Virus record (IMG/VR): IMGVR_UViG_3300045988_053781
Span: 1-37,737 of that record
DNA from: a virus
Length of the DNA: 37,737 nt
Strand: one strand, 5' to 3'
A model generated the notes under the pieces. That model was not told the origin of the DNA. It was given only the letters and a program-made list of their open reading frames with translations, and made no database searches. A program made the position numbers and the translations under genes. This document shows, in pieces, positions 23,261 to 31,729 of this stretch. Numbering within the stretch: the first letter of the stretch is position 1; each line of letters opens with the position of its first letter.

Positions 23261-24973
23261 ATGTTAAACTTTTTTGACTTTGAAGTTTTTAAATATGATT
23301 GGCTGGTTGTTTTCATTAATCCATACACTGGAGAAAAAACGGTCGTTATCAATAACGAAATGACACTGGAAGGATTCTACGATCAGCACAAGGACGAAAT
23401 TTTCTGTGGATATAATTCACGGCATTATGACCAATATATTTTGAAAGGTTTGCTATGTGGATTCAATCCAAAAAATATCAATGATTACATTATTGTTAAT
23501 AGGTGTGCGGGCTGGACGTTTTCCGACGTGTTCCAGAAAATTCCACTATACAATTACGACGTGGCAAAAATCAATGACGGCGGTTTAAAAACTCTGGAAG
23601 CATATATGGGAAACGATATTCGGGAAACATCTGTTTCATTCGATATTGATCGAAAACTGACAGATGCAGAAATTGCCGAAACGGTGAAGTATTGTACTCA
23701 TGATGTTGAACAGCTGATCGAAGTTTTTATGCATCGTAAGAGTGATTTTGATGCACATATGGCGTTGATAACGACGTTCGGCTTGCCGCTGTCGTATATC
23801 AACAAAACACAAGTACAGCTATCTGCTAAAATTTTGAACTGCCGAAGAATTGAACACCACGATGAATTTGAAATCGATTTTGTTCCAACACTGCGACTAG
23901 AAAAATATGCTTTTGTGAAAACGTGGTTCGAAGAACAATTGAAACGGAAAGAATACGGTTCCCGTTTGGAAATCGAAATCGCTGGTGTACCTCATGTCTT
24001 TGCGTGGGGTGGTGCACACGGTGCCCGCCCGAAGTATCACGGCAAAGGCTTATATCTACATGTGGACGTTACAAGTTATTACCCATCACTTATGATAAAA
24101 TACGGATTTTTGACACGTAACAGCCAAACACCGGAAAAATTCAAAGAAATTTATGACACGCGGGTAGCACTGAAAAAAGCAGGTAAAAAAGAAGAACAGG
24201 CACCTTATAAAATCGTTCTGAATGGTACATATGGAATCAGTAAAGACCGAAATTCCCCCGCTTATGATCCGAAGCAGGCAAACAACATTTGCATCAACGG
24301 GCAGCTACTTTTGGTTGATCTGATTGAAAAGCTGGAAACGGTAAAAGGATTTGAATTGATACAGTCCAACACGGACGGTTTGATTATTAAAATTCCAGAC
24401 ACCGACGAAGCATTTTATCAGACTGACGATATTTGCTACGAGTGGGAACAGCGTACCGGAATGGGGCTTGCTTTCGACGTTATCACAGAGATTTTTCAGA
24501 AAGACGTTAACAACTATGTTTTCCGGTTCAATAATGGCAAAATTGAAAGAAAAGGCTCATATGTGCAAGAATACAGTCCGTTAAAAAATGATTTAACAAT
24601 TGTTAATACTGCACTTGTTGAATATATGATGAACGGGGTTCCGGTGGAAGAAACCATTCAGGGTTGCGACGATCTGAACCTTTTTCAAAAGGTCGTAAAA
24701 GTCAGTAGCAAGTACTTGTGTGCATGGCATAATGGCGAACGGCTGCAAGATAAAACATTTCGAATTTTTGCGTCAAAATCGAAACGTGATGGATTCATTG
24801 GGAAACAAAAACGCGAGGGAGCGACGATTGAAAAATTTGCCAATACCCCAGAAAATTGTTTCATTTTTAATAAATCTGTCTTGGGTGTGAGTGTGCCGGA
24901 CAAGCTGGATCGTCAGTGGTACATGGACCTTGCAAAAAAGCGTCTGGAAGACTATGGCGTGGAGGTGAAGTAA
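23261..24973 (+). CDS. Family-B DNA polymerase with an N-terminal 3'-5' exonuclease
   Basis: Exo I is FDFE. Pol motif A is DVTSYYPS, motif B is KIVLNGTYG, motif C is NTDG. The ATG at 23261 (RBS AAAGGAAA) is preferred over the track start 23114. Confidence 0.8.
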   Translation: MLNFFDFEVFKYDWLVVFINPYTGEKTVVINNEMTLEGFYDQHKDEIFCGYNSRHYDQYILKGLLCGFNPKNINDYIIVNRCAGWTFSDVFQKIPLYNYDVAKINDGGLKTLEAYMGNDIRETSVSFDIDRKLTDAEIAETVKYCTHDVEQLIEVFMHRKSDFDAHMALITTFGLPLSYINKTQVQLSAKILNCRRIEHHDEFEIDFVPTLRLEKYAFVKTWFEEQLKRKEYGSRLEIEIAGVPHVFAWGGAHGARPKYHGKGLYLHVDVTSYYPSLMIKYGFLTRNSQTPEKFKEIYDTRVALKKAGKKEEQAPYKIVLNGTYGISKDRNSPAYDPKQANNICINGQLLLVDLIEKLETVKGFELIQSNTDGLIIKIPDTDEAFYQTDDICYEWEQRTGMGLAFDVITEIFQKDVNNYVFRFNNGKIERKGSYVQEYSPLKNDLTIVNTALVEYMMNGVPVEETIQGCDDLNLFQKVVKVSSKYLCAWHNGERLQDKTFRIFASKSKRDGFIGKQKREGATIEKFANTPENCFIFNKSVLGVSVPDKLDRQWYMDLAKKRLEDYGVEVK

Positions 24974-25291
24974 ATGGAATTTGGAAAGAATCTGCGGTTA
25001 CTGCGATATGCAAGCGGACTGTCCGCAGAAGTACTTGCGGAACGGATCGGAATCACGAAAAATATGCTCTATCTATATGAATCGGAGCACTGTTTACCGA
25101 GGTTGACAACGATATTGAAGATGTGTGCAGTATTGAATGTTACACCGAACCGCCTACTTGGGTATGATGTTGAATCAGATCTGAATGAAGCACAGATACA
25201 GCTTGACGGCATAAGCGAACAGCTTGGAACGCTGTGTGATACTCTGGAATATGCACAGAAAAAATTGAACAAATTGAAAGGTGGTGAATGA
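24974..25291 (+). CDS. XRE-family HTH transcriptional regulator
   Basis: FGKNLRLLRYASGLSAEVLAERIGITKNMLYLYESEHCLPRLTTILKMCAVLNVTPNRLLG. Confidence 0.75.
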   Translation: MEFGKNLRLLRYASGLSAEVLAERIGITKNMLYLYESEHCLPRLTTILKMCAVLNVTPNRLLGYDVESDLNEAQIQLDGISEQLGTLCDTLEYAQKKLNKLKGGE

Positions 25292-25292
25292 A

Positions 25293-25998
25293 ATGAAAGT
25301 TTTAGTAGCGTGTGAGGAATCGCAACGTGTCTGCACAGAATTTCGGCGGCTTGGACACGAAGCATACAGCTGTGATATACAAAAATGCTCCGGTAGTCAC
25401 CCAGATTGGCACGTAGTAGAGGACGCACTGCACATATCTCAGCAACGCCGGAGCACGTCACCTTTGGAAAGGTCACGTGCTTAACCAAGAGAGATACGCA
25501 AAGGGACTTGATGCAAAAAATTTTTTTCTGAAATTTTTGAATGCCGACTGCCCCAAAATTTGCGTTGAAAACCCAGTCCCAAGCCGCGTGTATGAGTTGC
25601 CTAAGTACACGCAGACAATACAGCCGTATGAGTATGGACACCCATATAGCAAGCGGACGTGTCTGTGGCTTAAAAATTTGCCGCCGTTACAGCCGACGGA
25701 CATCGTGGAGCCTGTAGGGGCATGGTGTCCGTCTGGTAGCTACAGCCATAAGCACGATACCAAGCATAAAGGGCTTTTTACAAAAGACAGAGCCAAAAAC
25801 AGAAGCAAGACTTTTTCTGGGATTGCAAAAGCAATGGCGGAACAATGGGGAGGTGAAGCTGTGAAAAATTTCTGCATCTGCAATGCGTTTAAGTACTTGT
25901 GGCGGCACGGGAAAAAGAACGGCGTTGAGGACGTGAAAAAAGCCGTTTGGTATCTGAACAAATTCATAGAGTTGGAGGAAAAGAAAGATGAAGATTGA
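25293..25998 (+). pseudogene. C5-methyltransferase-like gene disrupted by a +1 frame change near 25420-25445. Its 3' end is fused to a DUF3310-like segment.
   Basis: ORF 25281..25484 (MKVLVACEESQRVCTEFRRLGHEAYSCDIQ...) and ORF 25477..25998 overlap in different frames. The second frame is open from 25420 and reads THCTYLSNAGARHLWKG...VENPVP...RSKTFSGIAKAMAEQWG, then NAFKYLWRHGKKNGVEDVKKAVWYL. Confidence 0.45.
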
Positions 25999-26419
25999 AA
26001 AGTACATGCTAGAAACGGCGAAAGCCATGCTGAAAGAAAAGAATGTCATGCTCTGGGAATACGAAGATTCGATCGTGGTTTCCAACGACGGCTATTTTGC
26101 GATGTTCGTTCCCCGTGAAAAGTTTATTTTCAATGCTGAACCTCACGGAACATTTATGGGAAAGCTCCCGCGTAACTGGGAATGCAATGAAATACGGTAT
26201 ACTGATGTTTGCGAACAGCATGGTAAAAAATTGTGCAGAGTGCTAGAACCCGTTTCGGGAAAGTGGAAAACGCTGATCGACGAAAAATTTTTGAAGTATT
26301 TCGATATGAGCACAAGGGTTAAGTTTTATCAGCCGTATGAAAAGGCGGCTATCGTTGCTACAGAAGGCGGAAAGGTGTGTGCTGTGATCATGCCGATTGT
26401 GAAAAGTGGGGTGAAGTAA
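25988..26419 (+). CDS. Hypothetical protein
   Basis: 143 aa with RBS GGAGGAAAA. It overlaps the upstream stop by 11 nt. Confidence 0.5.
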   Translation: MKIEKYMLETAKAMLKEKNVMLWEYEDSIVVSNDGYFAMFVPREKFIFNAEPHGTFMGKLPRNWECNEIRYTDVCEQHGKKLCRVLEPVSGKWKTLIDEKFLKYFDMSTRVKFYQPYEKAAIVATEGGKVCAVIMPIVKSGVK

Positions 26420-26420
26420 G

Positions 26421-26852
26421 ATGAAATTTGAACCGCTTTCGTGTAAACATTGTGTTTTTGGTTTGTGCGTGGAAAATTGCAGTTGTAAAAACTGCGAACT
26501 TGGGAAAGGAATGTTACGCGTTATTACTGGAAACGCATACCAAAAGGAAGCAATACGAACCGCAAACGGAATGCACGGTGATTTGCTGCAAAATGGCGTT
26601 ATGGGCTTGTGTGGCGAAGCTGGTGAATGTGTCGATCTGGTCAAGAAACATTTGTTTCAGGGGCACGAACTCGATAAAGAGCACCTTGCCAAAGAACTGG
26701 GAGATGTGGCTTGGTATCTGGCAGTAACAGCCGAAGCAATTGGATACGATCTGAACGTAATTTTGCAAATGAATGTTAAGAAATTGCGTGATTGGTATCC
26801 AGACGGTTTTGATGAAGAACGTTCGAAACATAGAAAGAAAGGTGATATTTAA
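26421..26852 (+). CDS. MazG-like nucleoside triphosphate pyrophosphohydrolase with a short Cys-rich N-terminal extension
   Basis: AYQKEAIRTA..GLCGEAGECVDLVKKHLFQGHELD..LAKELGDVAWYLAVTAEAIGYDL..NVKKLRDWYP. Confidence 0.7.
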   Translation: MKFEPLSCKHCVFGLCVENCSCKNCELGKGMLRVITGNAYQKEAIRTANGMHGDLLQNGVMGLCGEAGECVDLVKKHLFQGHELDKEHLAKELGDVAWYLAVTAEAIGYDLNVILQMNVKKLRDWYPDGFDEERSKHRKKGDI

Positions 26853-26929
26853 TGAATGTTATCGGCTATATGTTTATCGGTTTCTGGTGTTTCGTCGCCG
26901 GTTTTCTGCTGGGAGGTGTGATTCTGTGA
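26852..26929 (+). CDS. Tiny hydrophobic peptide (25 aa), translationally coupled on both sides
   Basis: TAATG overlap with the mazG-like stop and GTGA overlap with the next start. Manual translation gives MNVIGYMFIGFWCFVAGFLLGGVIL. Confidence 0.3.
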   Translation: MNVIGYMFIGFWCFVAGFLLGGVIL

Positions 26930-27654
26930 TAAAGATTGAAAATGTATCTGTCTATGGTTGGGGAGCCGCTATTCGTGGAATGCGGAACCCGCTGAATAGC
27001 TGGGACAAGTCCGACAGTGCTGCATGCTATGACACGTCCTGTGAAGAATGTCTTGCAGAAAAAGGCTGCGATTTTTTCACGGAAGATGAATTTGTTGCCG
27101 GCGAAAATGATCTGGCATTAATGAAACAGCTTGTGAAAGCCGGAACGGATCACCGGAAATTTATGCGGTTTATCATGGTTACTTGTGACATTACCGCCCC
27201 ACTTTACTGGTGGAAAGAGGCGGACACTTACAAGGTTGGAACGGTTTCGAATGGCTGTTCTACGATGCACACGCTTCCAAAAAAAGAATTTACGCTTGAT
27301 GATTTTTCACATGAACATCTTGTGATGGACAAAGATCAGGCTGGATCTGAACTTTTGAATGCTGACGGAAAGGATACGAGCATTCTTGTGACACCGAAAG
27401 CACTGTTAAAAATAACCATTGGCCGCCTAAACAATTGTAGAATGATGTTTTTGAAAACCAAGGAAAAATTTTGGTGGTGGCAGATGATTCAGCTGTTGCC
27501 CTCGTCATATAATCAGCGGCGCACAGTGCTTCTAAATTATGAAGTGCTTATGAACATGTACCACGCCCGCAAAAATCACAAGTTGGACGAATGGCACGAT
27601 TTTTGTGGATGGGTTGAGAGCCTACCATATATGGGGGTGTTTTTGAATGCTTAA
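26926..27654 (+). CDS. ThyX-like (Thy1-fold) protein lacking the canonical RHR..S..R signature
   Basis: GTG at 26926 after RBS GGGAGGTG. By eye, segments parallel ThyX (LMKQLVKAGTDHRKFMRFIMVTCDITAPLYWW; LLPSSYNQRRTVLLNYEVLMNMYHARKNHKLDEW), but the motif region reads KEADTYKVGTVSNGCSTMH. Confidence 0.4.
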   Translation: MIKIENVSVYGWGAAIRGMRNPLNSWDKSDSAACYDTSCEECLAEKGCDFFTEDEFVAGENDLALMKQLVKAGTDHRKFMRFIMVTCDITAPLYWWKEADTYKVGTVSNGCSTMHTLPKKEFTLDDFSHEHLVMDKDQAGSELLNADGKDTSILVTPKALLKITIGRLNNCRMMFLKTKEKFWWWQMIQLLPSSYNQRRTVLLNYEVLMNMYHARKNHKLDEWHDFCGWVESLPYMGVFLNA

Positions 27655-27751
27655 AATCATGTTGCTTGTTTTTGCTCTGATTGCAATTCCGCTTCTCTAC
27701 GCAGATAATAAGCGGCTGGAAGAAGAATTGAAGATGTCCTTTGACGAATAA
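27647..27751 (+). CDS. Small single-pass membrane peptide (34 aa) with an acidic tail
   Basis: Manual translation gives MLKIMLLVFALIAIPLLYADNKRLEEELKMSFDE. It overlaps the upstream stop and ends 13 nt before the mazF-like ATG. Confidence 0.3.
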   Translation: MLKIMLLVFALIAIPLLYADNKRLEEELKMSFDE

Positions 27752-27764
27752 CGGAGGTGTGAAG

Positions 27765-28079
27765 ATGTCACAATTGAAACGCGGTGATGTATTTTTTGCC
27801 GATATGGGAAATAAGTGCAGACCTTATCTTGTCGTACAAAATGACACTGGAAACTACTACTCTGGGCGGACTATTGTATTACCGCTGACATCTAAAATAA
27901 ATAAACAGTTGCCAACACACTGTGTTGTGTGCTACGGAAAAATTTACCCTTCTGCGGTGCAGTGTGAAGAAATCACGTGCGTGGAAGTGAAGCCGGATTG
28001 GGAAGCGGCGGAACATTTTCCGCCGGAGATTATGCGACACATTGACAGCTGCCTGAAAATTGCAATCGGTTTGGAGTGA
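27765..28079 (+). CDS. MazF/PemK (EndoA)-family endoribonuclease toxin homologue
   Basis: KRGDVFFADMG...RPYLVVQNDTGNYYSGRTIVLPLTSKINKQLPTHCVV...AVQCEEI closely follows the B. subtilis EndoA pattern. RBS GGAGGTG precedes the ATG at 27765. Confidence 0.7.
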   Translation: MSQLKRGDVFFADMGNKCRPYLVVQNDTGNYYSGRTIVLPLTSKINKQLPTHCVVCYGKIYPSAVQCEEITCVEVKPDWEAAEHFPPEIMRHIDSCLKIAIGLE

Positions 28080-28086
28080 TTGAGAT

Positions 28087-29970
28087 ATGTTTTTTCGTGG
28101 GTATGTAAAAATAAATGGAAAATCTGCAACGGAAAAATTTAAAAATGTCCCGTTGCGAACTCTGGACGAAGTGCAGGAGTGTGACAGCTACGGCGGTGTT
28201 CTGAGTGATGATGCGATTATGATTGACGTGGACGATTTCGAGCAATCAGAAATTTTGATGAACATCGTTGAAAAGGAAGAAATCCTCTGCCGTGTTTCCA
28301 AAACTGAACGCGGCAAACACTTCTTTTTCAAAAACTCGAAAATTCAAAAGTGTGCGACGGGTGCACATTTAGCATGTGGTTTGACGGCTGATGTGAAAAC
28401 CGGTAAGGCTAACAGCTACGCTATTTTGAAAAAAGACGGTCGCGAACGCGAAATAATTTATGATATTCTGGAAAATGAACAGTATCAGGAAATTCCCGCG
28501 TGGTTGTTTCCGGTAAAATCCAAAGTTAAGTTTGAAGATATGACGCAGGGTGACGGGCGAAATCAATCGCTATTCAACTACATTTTAACGCTGCAATCTG
28601 CGGGATTTTCGAAAGAAGAAGTACGCGAAACCCTCCATATCATAAACAACTACATTTTGAAAGAGCCGTTAAGTGAATATGAACTCATGACACTATCACG
28701 GGACGAAGCTTTTCTGAAAGAAACGTTCTATAATGGCAACAAGTTTCTTTTCGAAAAGTTCGCCCAGTTTATGAAGTCGGAATACCATATCATTCGCATT
28801 GACAACCAGTTACACATGTACGATGATGGAGTATATCGGGGCGGGTACTCGACGATTGAAGCGAAAATGATTAAACATATTCCGGCACTGAATAAGTCGA
28901 AACGCTCTGAGGTTCTGGCATATTTGGAACTACTCTGCGACAAAGAGGAAGAAATGTGTGATGCAGAATACATTGCATTTCGAAACGGCGTGTACAATAT
29001 CAACACAGGAAAATTACAGCCGTTTGATCCCAGCTTAATCATCTTAAATAAAATCGATTGGAATTTCAACCCAGTTGCATATAATTCTGACGTTGACAAA
29101 ATGCTCGATCGTTTAGCGTGTCATGATTCACAAATTCGGCAGCTTTTATGTGAAGCTGTTGGATACTGCTTTTATCGCCGGAACGAGTTGCGAAAAGCGT
29201 TTATCTTAACCGGTGAAAAACAAAACGGCAAAAGTACATATCTATCCTTGATTAGTGATCTTTTGGGAAGCCACAACGTCACAAATCTGGACTTGGGAGA
29301 GTTGGGGCAGCGGTTCAAAGCTGCGGAACTTTTCGGAAAACTTGCAAATATCGGTGACGACATAGGCGACGATTTTATTTCAAATCCCGTTATTTTCAAA
29401 AAGGTGGTTTCCGGTGATCCGGTCAACGTAGAAAGAAAAGGCGAAAATCCGTTCGATCTAAAAAACTATTCAAAATTCCTTTTTTCTGCGAATAACATTC
29501 CCCGTATTAAGGACAAGTCCGGTGCAGTTATCTCCCGTCTTGTGATTATCCCTTTTAACGCACGTTTCACAAAAAACGATCCTGATTATGATCCATATAT
29601 CAAGTACAAGCTGCGGACAGAGTCCGCAATGGAATACTTGGTGCAGCTTGGAATACAAGGTTTAAAGCGTGTTTTGAAAAATTACAGCTTTACGGAATCC
29701 GCCAGCGTCCAGAAAGCACTTACGGAATACGAAGAAGATAACAATCCGATCTTACTCTTTTTCAAAGAATTAGAACGAGATGATGTTGTACACAGATCAA
29801 CCCGTGACATTTATTCCCGCTATGGGCTGTTTTGTGCGGAAAACAATTTCAGTCCGATGTCAAATATCGAGTTTTCCAAAAGAATCAAACAGCAGTTTTC
29901 ACTTGAAATTGCAGACAAAAAGATTGGCGGGAAAAAATACCGTGTATTTGTAGAAAGGAAAGATGTATGA
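28087..29970 (+). CDS. Primase-helicase (N-terminal prim-pol-like domain plus a P4/D5-family NTPase domain)
   Basis: 627 aa. The acidic catalytic cluster is IMIDVDDFE. Walker A is LTGEKQNGKST. The C-terminal region is typical of phage/plasmid primases of the P4 family. Confidence 0.8.
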   Translation: MFFRGYVKINGKSATEKFKNVPLRTLDEVQECDSYGGVLSDDAIMIDVDDFEQSEILMNIVEKEEILCRVSKTERGKHFFFKNSKIQKCATGAHLACGLTADVKTGKANSYAILKKDGREREIIYDILENEQYQEIPAWLFPVKSKVKFEDMTQGDGRNQSLFNYILTLQSAGFSKEEVRETLHIINNYILKEPLSEYELMTLSRDEAFLKETFYNGNKFLFEKFAQFMKSEYHIIRIDNQLHMYDDGVYRGGYSTIEAKMIKHIPALNKSKRSEVLAYLELLCDKEEEMCDAEYIAFRNGVYNINTGKLQPFDPSLIILNKIDWNFNPVAYNSDVDKMLDRLACHDSQIRQLLCEAVGYCFYRRNELRKAFILTGEKQNGKSTYLSLISDLLGSHNVTNLDLGELGQRFKAAELFGKLANIGDDIGDDFISNPVIFKKVVSGDPVNVERKGENPFDLKNYSKFLFSANNIPRIKDKSGAVISRLVIIPFNARFTKNDPDYDPYIKYKLRTESAMEYLVQLGIQGLKRVLKNYSFTESASVQKALTEYEEDNNPILLFFKELERDDVVHRSTRDIYSRYGLFCAENNFSPMSNIEFSKRIKQQFSLEIADKKIGGKKYRVFVERKDV

Positions 29971-30362
29971 CTATCAATGACGTGATCGAAAGCACGGCAC
30001 GAAAGACTGCCCGAAGTGTCGTATCGGAAATGAAGCGAAAAGCCATGATTAAAAGTAACGCGTTGAACAGTTTCAAAAAGACCGAAAAGGTGCTGTACGA
30101 ATATCCGGCATGGAAGAAAAGCGACAGTGACGAAACGCGGAAATTTTGTGAACTGATCGAACGGGCACTGAAAGAAGTAGAGCATGATCCATATTACGAA
30201 CTGATCGAATTAAAGTATTTCGAACGCTGGACACACGAAAGGATTGCGGAATATTTCGATGTAGATGTATCTGTTATCAGCAAACGCCGAACAAAGCTGA
30301 TTGATAAACTACGCCCGATTATTTTTTCAGAGGACTTCATAAAAGAGTTGTTCGGACTATAA
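29967..30362 (+). CDS. Putative late-gene transcriptional activator (sigma-70 region-4-like HTH; RinA/ArpU-type position)
   Basis: 131 aa with ATGA coupling to the primase. LIELKYFERWTHERIAEYFDVDVSVISKRRTKLIDKL resembles a sigma region-4 HTH. It is the last gene before a strong terminator and the lysis and packaging genes. Confidence 0.45.
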   Translation: MTINDVIESTARKTARSVVSEMKRKAMIKSNALNSFKKTEKVLYEYPAWKKSDSDETRKFCELIERALKEVEHDPYYELIELKYFERWTHERIAEYFDVDVSVISKRRTKLIDKLRPIIFSEDFIKELFGL

Positions 30363-30372
30363 AAAAGAAATG

Positions 30373-30420
30373 AACGCCGTAGATGTGCGAAAATGCCGTC
30401 TACGGCGTTTTTGTGTTTAT
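30373..30420 (+). terminator. Rho-independent terminator ending the early/replication operon
   Basis: AACGCCGTAGA (30373-30383) pairs with TCTACGGCGTT (30399-30409), followed by TTTTGTGTTTATTT. Confidence 0.7.
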
Positions 30421-30518
30421 TTCACAATTTGTGCATAGCTAAGGCACAAATGCGGCACAATTTAATTTCTGTTTTGTTTGTACAGATTGGCGTATAATGG
30501 TTGACAGGTGATGAATGA

Positions 30519-30770
30519 ATGAATGCAGAAATAGTAACGTCAATTATTGTGTCCGCTGCCACACTGCTGGGAACGATTCTCACGGTGTGGAGTGGTAGCA
30601 AGTTGACAGCGTACAGAATAGAACAACTGGAAAAACGTGTCAATGAATACAACAACACGAAACTGCGAATGTATGAAGCTGAAAAGAAACAGGAAGTGGA
30701 CGAAAACCGGCTGAAAGTTTGTGAATACAGACTTTCGGACATTGAGGAAGAGATCAGACATGAAAAATAA
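30519..30770 (+). CDS. Membrane-anchored coiled-coil protein (holin-associated or lysis regulator candidate)
   Basis: 83 aa with one N-terminal transmembrane (TM) segment (IVTSIIVSAATLLGTILTVW) followed by a charged helix. It lies directly upstream of the holin. Confidence 0.4.
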   Translation: MNAEIVTSIIVSAATLLGTILTVWSGSKLTAYRIEQLEKRVNEYNNTKLRMYEAEKKQEVDENRLKVCEYRLSDIEEEIRHEK

Positions 30771-30945
30771 ATTGCTGGGGCTGCTTACAGTAAAAAGCAT
30801 TGTTACAATTTTGCTGACAATCGTGTTTTGTGTGTTGTCGTGGTTTGGCAGCATTGAGGGTGACAAATTTCTAACGATTTTTACAACCGTCATTGCGTTC
30901 TACTTTGGAACGCAAACTGAAAAGAACAGGAGTGAAACGAAATGA
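30760..30945 (+). CDS. Holin (two predicted TM segments)
   Basis: 61 aa from the ATG at 30760 (RBS GAGGAAGAG). TM segments are LLGLLTVKSIVTILLTIVFCVLSWF and FLTIFTTVIAFYFG, with a charged C-terminus. Its stop overlaps the endolysin start. Confidence 0.6.
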   Translation: MKNKLLGLLTVKSIVTILLTIVFCVLSWFGSIEGDKFLTIFTTVIAFYFGTQTEKNRSETK

Positions 30946-31709
30946 GTGTACAAGGTATTGATGTGTCAAGACATAACACGATCACAGACTTTCGAAAAGT
31001 CAAGGCATCTGGAATTGATTTTGTAATTATCCGTGCCGGTTATGGTCGGGAAATCTCCCAGAAAGATCCAAAGTTTGAAACCAACTATAAAAACGCAAAA
31101 GCGGCTGGGCTGAACGTGGGTGCATACTGGTACAGCTACGCACAGAGCGTGGAAGAAGCAAAGATTGAAGCAAAGGTTTGCTTACAGGCAATCAAGGGAA
31201 AGAAATTCGAATACCCGATTTATTTCGATCTGGAAGAAAATACCCAGCTGTCACGCGGCTCTGCGTTTTGCTCTGCACTGGTCAAGGCGTTCTGCGGCGA
31301 ACTCGAAAAGGCAGGATATTTTGCAGGGTTGTATATGTCAAGATACTATCTGCAAACCGTGATTTCAATCGACGTTGCGAAACGCTATGCGGTTTGGGTT
31401 GCAGAGTATAACGGTAAGTGTAACTACAGCGGCAACTATGGCATCTGGCAAAACAGTTCTACATGGCGTGTAAACGGGATCTCTGGAAACGTAGATCACG
31501 ATTATGCTTATATCGATTATCCCTCAATTATCAAGAAAAAGGGATTGAATGGATATAAGGCAGCGACTGCGAAAAAATCCATTGATACAATCGCCCGTGA
31601 AGTGATTGCGGGCAAGTGGGGCAATGGCAACGAACGGAAAAAGAAGTTGACGGCTGCGGGCTATGATTTTGCAACAGTTCAGAAGCGTGTAAACCAGTTA
31701 ATTCCGTAA
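30942..31709 (+). CDS. Endolysin: GH25 muramidase plus a CW_7 (Cpl-7-like) cell-wall-binding repeat
   Basis: GIDVSRHNTITDFRKVKASGIDFVIIRAGYG and GAYWYSYA are GH25 motifs. The C-terminal IAREVIAGKWGNGNERKKKLTAAGYDFATVQKRVNQL is a CW_7 motif. Confidence 0.85.
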   Translation: MSVQGIDVSRHNTITDFRKVKASGIDFVIIRAGYGREISQKDPKFETNYKNAKAAGLNVGAYWYSYAQSVEEAKIEAKVCLQAIKGKKFEYPIYFDLEENTQLSRGSAFCSALVKAFCGELEKAGYFAGLYMSRYYLQTVISIDVAKRYAVWVAEYNGKCNYSGNYGIWQNSSTWRVNGISGNVDHDYAYIDYPSIIKKKGLNGYKAATAKKSIDTIAREVIAGKWGNGNERKKKLTAAGYDFATVQKRVNQLIP

Positions 31710-31729
31710 TTTTTTGAGGGCGTGAGGAC

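Noticed and set aside
30422-30893. Minus-strand ORFs 30422..30742 and 30540..30893 across the holin region.
   Set aside because: They are antisense to two plus-strand ORFs that have RBSs, TM segments and coupling to the endolysin. They have no promoter or RBS support of their own.
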